Source: the human T2T-CHM13v2.0 reference genome, Homo sapiens
Assembly: GCF_009914755.1 (NCBI RefSeq)
Contig: NC_060928.1
Direction: 5' to 3' (one strand)
DNA length: 64,000 nucleotides
The position numbers and the translations under genes are program-made. The stretch's first letter is position 1; the number at the start of each line of letters is the position of its first letter. The notes beneath the pieces were generated by a model. The model did not search any database. It was not told the DNA's origin and saw only the letters and a list, made by a program, of their open reading frames with translations. Positions 59,030 to 64,000 of the stretch are shown one piece after another.

Positions 59030-61590
59030 CATTTTACTTTATTTTTACTGATTTACAATTATCTACAGTGGCATACACAGATCTCAAGTTGTGTGGTTAA
59101 GAGTATTGAAAGAGTATAAACCTAAGTAACCAATACACCAATGAAGATGTAGAACATTTCCATCCTTCAGGAAAAGTTTCCTTGTGACATCCAGTAAATC
59201 AATGTCAACTGTTAACCACTCCCTCCCTACACACTATTTGTTATTCAGTTCATCTGTAGATGGACATTTGAAGTGTTTCTAGTCTGAGACTACTATAATA
59301 AAGCTGCTATACACATGTGAGTGCCAAATCATTTTGAGGATATTTTAGTTATCTAACCAAGTGCACATAAGTGTGTATTTGGTTAAATAACTAAAAGAAA
59401 TATTGCTGGATCATAAGGAAATTGTATGTGTATAATTTTATAGGAACCTGGAAAATGAGTGCCCAAAGTGGCTATATGATTTTGTACTCCACTAGCAATT
59501 TATGAGGGTTTATAATTAATCTTTTGTTACATAGAGAAATTTGTAAAACTTTCTTTTTTAACATTTCAAGATAGTTTTGGCTATTCTAGGTCCTTATCTT
59601 TTCCATTAAAGTAATAAAACACCTTGTCAGTTTCTTAAGAAAAATCAATCTGGTCATCATGATTGGGATTAACTTGTATCTATAGATTGAATTAGAGAAA
59701 GTTAGCATTTTATCTATTTTATATATACATATGAACACAAATATATAGAGAACACTATACATTTATTATACATATGTTATATATGCAGGTTTATTACATG
59801 GGTATATTGCATGACACTTAGGTTTGTGGTATAAATGACACTGTAAACCAGTAGTGAGCATAGTACCTATGAGTTAGTTTTTCAGCCCTTGCTCCTCTCC
59901 CTCTCTCTCCGCCAGTAGTGCCCCGTGTATTTTGTTCTTATATTTACATCTATATGTACCCAAGGCTCAGCTCCCACTTGTAAGTGAGAACATGCAGTAT
60001 TTGATTTTTTGTTCCTGTGTTAATTCACTTAGGATTATGTTGCTGCAAAGGACACGATTTTGCTCCTTTTTTATGGCTGTGTAGTAAGTATCCCATAGTG
60101 TATATGTACCACATTTTCTTTATCCAACCCACCATTGATGGGCACCTAGGTGGGTTCCGTATCATTGCTACTGTGAATAATGCAGTGATGAACATACATG
60201 TGCATGTATCTTTTTGGTAGACTGATTTATTTTTCTTTAGTTATATACCCAGGAATGATAATGCTAGGTTGAATGGCAGTTCTAAGTTCTTTGAGAAATC
60301 TCCAAACTGCTTTCTGCAGTGGTCGAACTAATTTGGATTCTCACCGAGAGTGTATAAGCATTCCCGTTTCTCTGCAGCCTTGCCAGTATATATTACTTTT
60401 TGACTATGCAATAACACATACATAGACCAATAAGAGAGAGGAGAGAACCCAGAAATAATGCCACACATCTACAATGATGTGATCTTTGACAAAGTCAACG
60501 AAAATAAGCAATGGGCAAATTACTCCCTATTCAATAAATGGTTCTGGGATAACTAGCTAGCCATATGCAGAAGAATGAAACTGGACTCCTACTTTTTCCA
60601 TATACAAAAATTAAGGCAAAATCGATTACAGATTTAAATGTAAGGTGTAAAACTATAAAAATCCTAGAAAAAAACTAGGCAATACCATTCTGGACATAGA
60701 CCTTGGAAAGAATTTATGGCAAACTCCTCAAAAGCAATTGCAACAAAAACAAAAAGTGCCAAGTGGGATCTAATTAAATTAAAGAGCTTCTGCACAACAA
60801 AAGAAACTATCACCAGGTAAATGGACAACCTAGGGAATGAGAGAAAATATTCACAAACTATACATCCATGGAGGTCTAATATCAAGAATATATAAACAAC
60901 CTAGACAATTCAACAAGCGAAAAACTAATGGCTTCATTAAAAAGTGAGCAAAGGATATGAGCATACCCTTCTTAAAAGTAGACATATATGCAGTCAACAA
61001 ATGTATGAAAAAATGCTCAACATCACTAATCTTCAGGGAATTGCAAATCAAAATCACAGTGAGACACCATTTCACACCAGTGAGAATGGCCATTATTAAA
61101 AAGTAAAAAGAGAACTTATTTGTTTATTGTTGCTGTATCTTGTAAGTATACTAAGTTTAATTAATATGTCTTTTTATTTTAACAGGCTGCTTAGGATTTT
61201 CTATGGTATACATTATATTATTTATGGATACAAACAGTTTCACGTCTTTACATTTATACATTTTATTTTTGTTTATTATTGAAATGGTTATGATCTCTAG
61301 TGAAATGTCAAATAGAATTGCTGGGAAAGAACTTCCTTGCTGATTACCTGATATTGTGGAGAAAGTATTTAATATGTCACCATTATATATGATGTTGATG
61401 GTTGGTTTAATATAGATATGTTTTATCAAATCAAGGAAATTTTCTTTAATCTCTGGTTGGTGCTGAATTTTATTCAAAGTTTTTCTGTATCTATGGAAAT
61501 AATCATATGATTTGTACAGATAATGTGATGAATTAGTTTTCATATGTTAAGCTAACCATACATTCCTGTAATCGATGCCAACTGTTAATG
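59030..61590 (-). mobile_element. Old L1M, interrupted by a younger inverted L1
   Basis: Antisense L1M 3' UTR at 59030-59720. Degraded ORF2 at 61157-61543 (NKIQH..ENFLDLIKHIYIKPTINIIYNG). Confidence 0.7.
59754..61108 (-). mobile_element. Old L1PA/PB with 5' inversion
   Basis: 3' end on minus to ~60413 and upstream ORF2 on plus at ~60414-61108. The two pieces meet at the same consensus point (TTATTAAAAAGTCAAAAA). Possible TSD AGAGAAC at 59747-59753 and 61109-61115. Confidence 0.8.
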
Positions 61591-61637
61591 TAGAATAAAC
61601 CATGTGGTTTTATTCCAACCCCCTAAATAAGATGGGA

Positions 61638-62143
61638 GTAAAGGAAGCCAGAATATTTCAGCACAAAATATGCCTCTTTGACATAAAAATAACGTTTTAA
61701 CTGAAGGCAGTTAAGAAGCAGCAAATGGAGAAAAAGCTCTGTATATTCTCCTCCCTTTCTGCCTATAGTCAGGATATACATTTTCCTTGACTAGAGACAA
61801 CTCTAGACTCTTAACAGCCCAGAGAAGGTACAAGAGGAATCTACAGACAAACCTTACTCCATCAGTTTCCTTCCATATGGTTACATCCCACAGTGTTCTG
61901 TCCTGTGGAAGCCTAAAGCCCTTTGTTCTATCATTTCTTCACAAGTTTATTGTTTTCTATTGAAAACGCCAGAGTTCTAAGCCACTACTTTGAGTTGCTT
62001 TTTATTAAGTCTTCTCCCAGATGATGTGAGTTATATGCATTAATAAATTTATTTTTTCTCTTGCTAATCTGTGTTTTGTTACCAGCGTTCATCCTAACTA
62101 AAAACTCATGAAGGTTGAGGAAAAAATATGTTTTCTCCCATGT
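61638..62143 (+). mobile_element. ERV1 solo LTR (MER34A/B-like)
   Basis: AAGGAAGCCAGAATAT..CAAAATATGCCTCTTTGACATAA start and ATTAATAAA..TTTTCTCTTGCTAATCTGT 3' region. Confidence 0.7.
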
Positions 62144-62269
62144 GGAGGTATTCATACCTTTTCTTTTATGCGAGAGTGTTTATTATTTTTGAGGAAGAAC
62201 CTTTAATGCAACACAAAGTATACTTAACCGACACAAACTTTTAAAATTTAGATATATATGTATCTTCTT

Positions 62270-63345
62270 CTAGTCCCTCCCAAAGAGACATATGGTCCTC
62301 CAGAAAATGAATTATATGCTGGGGAAATGAGAATCCTGTGGTCTTTGGGATGCTAAGCAACAATTACCAAGTGACTGATCATTCAAATCTTCCATCATAA
62401 GTTCAGTTTTGGCAGAGCCACTAAGTCAATGAGTTAGGCAGACCCCATGGATTGTAACACAGGAAATGATATATTCAGAAATATCCCCCAGGAAGACCAG
62501 AGGACATGAGTAAACTGCATAAATACGTGGTCTCAACTCCCATTTTACCTATCACTATGTCACCCATGCCTCTCACTCAACTCATAACCATGACCTCATG
62601 GATAGTTCCCTATGAACAACTATAAGAGGAGGAAACAGTCCAGGCATGGTGGCTCACACCTATAATCCTGGCACTTTGGGAAGCCAAGGTGGGCGGATCA
62701 CCTGAGGTCGGGAGTTTGAGACAAACCTGGCCAACATGGTGAAACCCTGTCTCTATTAAAAATACAAAAATTAGCTGGGTGTGGTGGTGCATGCTTGTAA
62801 TCCCAGCTACTGGGGAGGCTGAGGCAGGAGAATGGCTTGAACCCAGGAGGCAGAGGTTGCAGTGAGCCAAGATCATGTCACAATACTCCAGCCTGGGCAA
62901 CAGAGCAAAACTCCATCTAAAACAAACAAACAAACAAACAAAAAACAGAGAAGAAAAGAGTACTGGGCCTTTTTCACAAAGGAGTTGGCTCAGAAAGTTG
63001 GGGTAAATCAAAGATAAAATTATGGTACAGTGAAGACCCACTCAAGGGTAACTCTGACAGACAAAAACATGGGGAAATTGACCAGTAGGCAGAACTTCAA
63101 GCAGTGGGTCTGACCATTTTGTGAATAGAGAAAAGCAACCTGATGTAAGGATAAGACTGGGCCCCTGGGCATCAGTGAATGGGTTGAGTTTTGTCTAAGT
63201 TTGGAAGAAACAAGATTATACAATTGAAAAAAATGGGTTTAGGTCAAAGGAATGTTGACAGAACTGCGGGAATTAATCTGCGGGCAAGTTAAGCATCATT
63301 CTTAACACTTACACATGTAAGCACTGATACATTAATGTTCACCAG
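62270..63345 (+). mobile_element. ERVL-type internal (pol/RNase H) remnant, split by an Alu
   Basis: GTTCCCTATGAACAACTATAAGAGGAGGAAA (VPYEQL*EEE) and CAGTAGGCAGAACTTCAAGCAGTG (Q*AELQAV) match the recalled ERVL pol motifs VPYDQLTEEE and QWAELRAV. Confidence 0.7.
62637..62945 (+). mobile_element. AluS with (AAAC)n tail
   Basis: Full dimeric Alu. Degenerate TSD AGAGGAGGAAACAG / AGAGAAGAAAAGAG. Confidence 0.95.
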
Positions 63346-64000
63346 GGAGCAATGGCTGCTGTCATGTGTATGATTTGTATAAGAATTTATAAAGAATGAT
63401 GTTTAACTTGCCCCCAGATTAAACTTGATTTGATAGAATTTTACCCCTAACTTGTCAAATTGTAAAAATCTTGTCATTAACAACTTTCATAAACTTATTC
63501 ATGTAAAACTTGTTTTGAAACTGCTATTGTTGAGAATGCATTTTCTTAAAACTTTTACCTAAAAAAAAGTAATGTAAGTCTGTTGTTTGTGCTTCAGAGA
63601 GGGCCTGAAGAAGTACTGATAGAGATCTCTGCTAATACATCAAGGTGCTGGAAACTTAAATCTCCCTGTAAAAGAAACCGATAGAAAAGCTCAATCAGCC
63701 ATACCATGAATAAACATTGAGCACCTAGGCATAAATCTCTCTGTGATCATCATGGATTGTGCTGAATTAGGTTTTCTGTGGACTAGAACACTGTAAATGA
63801 ACTCCAACTTCCTTATTCAGATGATAAGAAAATAATTTTGCTAGTAAAGGTAATTACATGCTAGCAGGAGGAGTCAGAGTGCCTTATGCATTGACAGACT
63901 AACCATTTTTAATGAATAAGTACCCCTATTGCCCTTTCTACTCTAATTAGCTCACTGGCTGCTTAGCTTGTGGAAGAAAATGAATGTATGTGTTTCACTA

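Noticed and set aside
62610-63041. 143-aa ORF, and similar ORFs at 16.3, 21.8, 27.8 and 29.9 kb
   Set aside because: Typical Alu-derived translations.

Overview
AT-rich primate (human-like) genomic DNA with no intact protein-coding gene, RNA gene or CRISPR array. Most ORFs in the supplied track come from Alu, L1 or LTR sequence or are chance ORFs. Much of the window is interspersed repeats (Alu, L1PA/PB/M, L2, MIR, THE1/MLT1, ERV1/ERVL LTRs, MER8, MER30), several of them nested or 5'-inverted with readable target-site duplications (TSDs). The main non-repeat signal, read by eye on the minus strand, is a chain of about 13 AG..GT-bounded candidate exons between ~7.7 and ~41.7 kb. Many of their junctions are phase-compatible, and they splice into a long frame broken by stops and frameshifts. 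The translation resembles, from memory, multi-RGS-domain proteins of the RGS22/RGSL1 type, which suggests an unprocessed, possibly unitary, pseudogene. The family assignment and the repeat subfamily names rest on recalled consensus sequences, not on searches.
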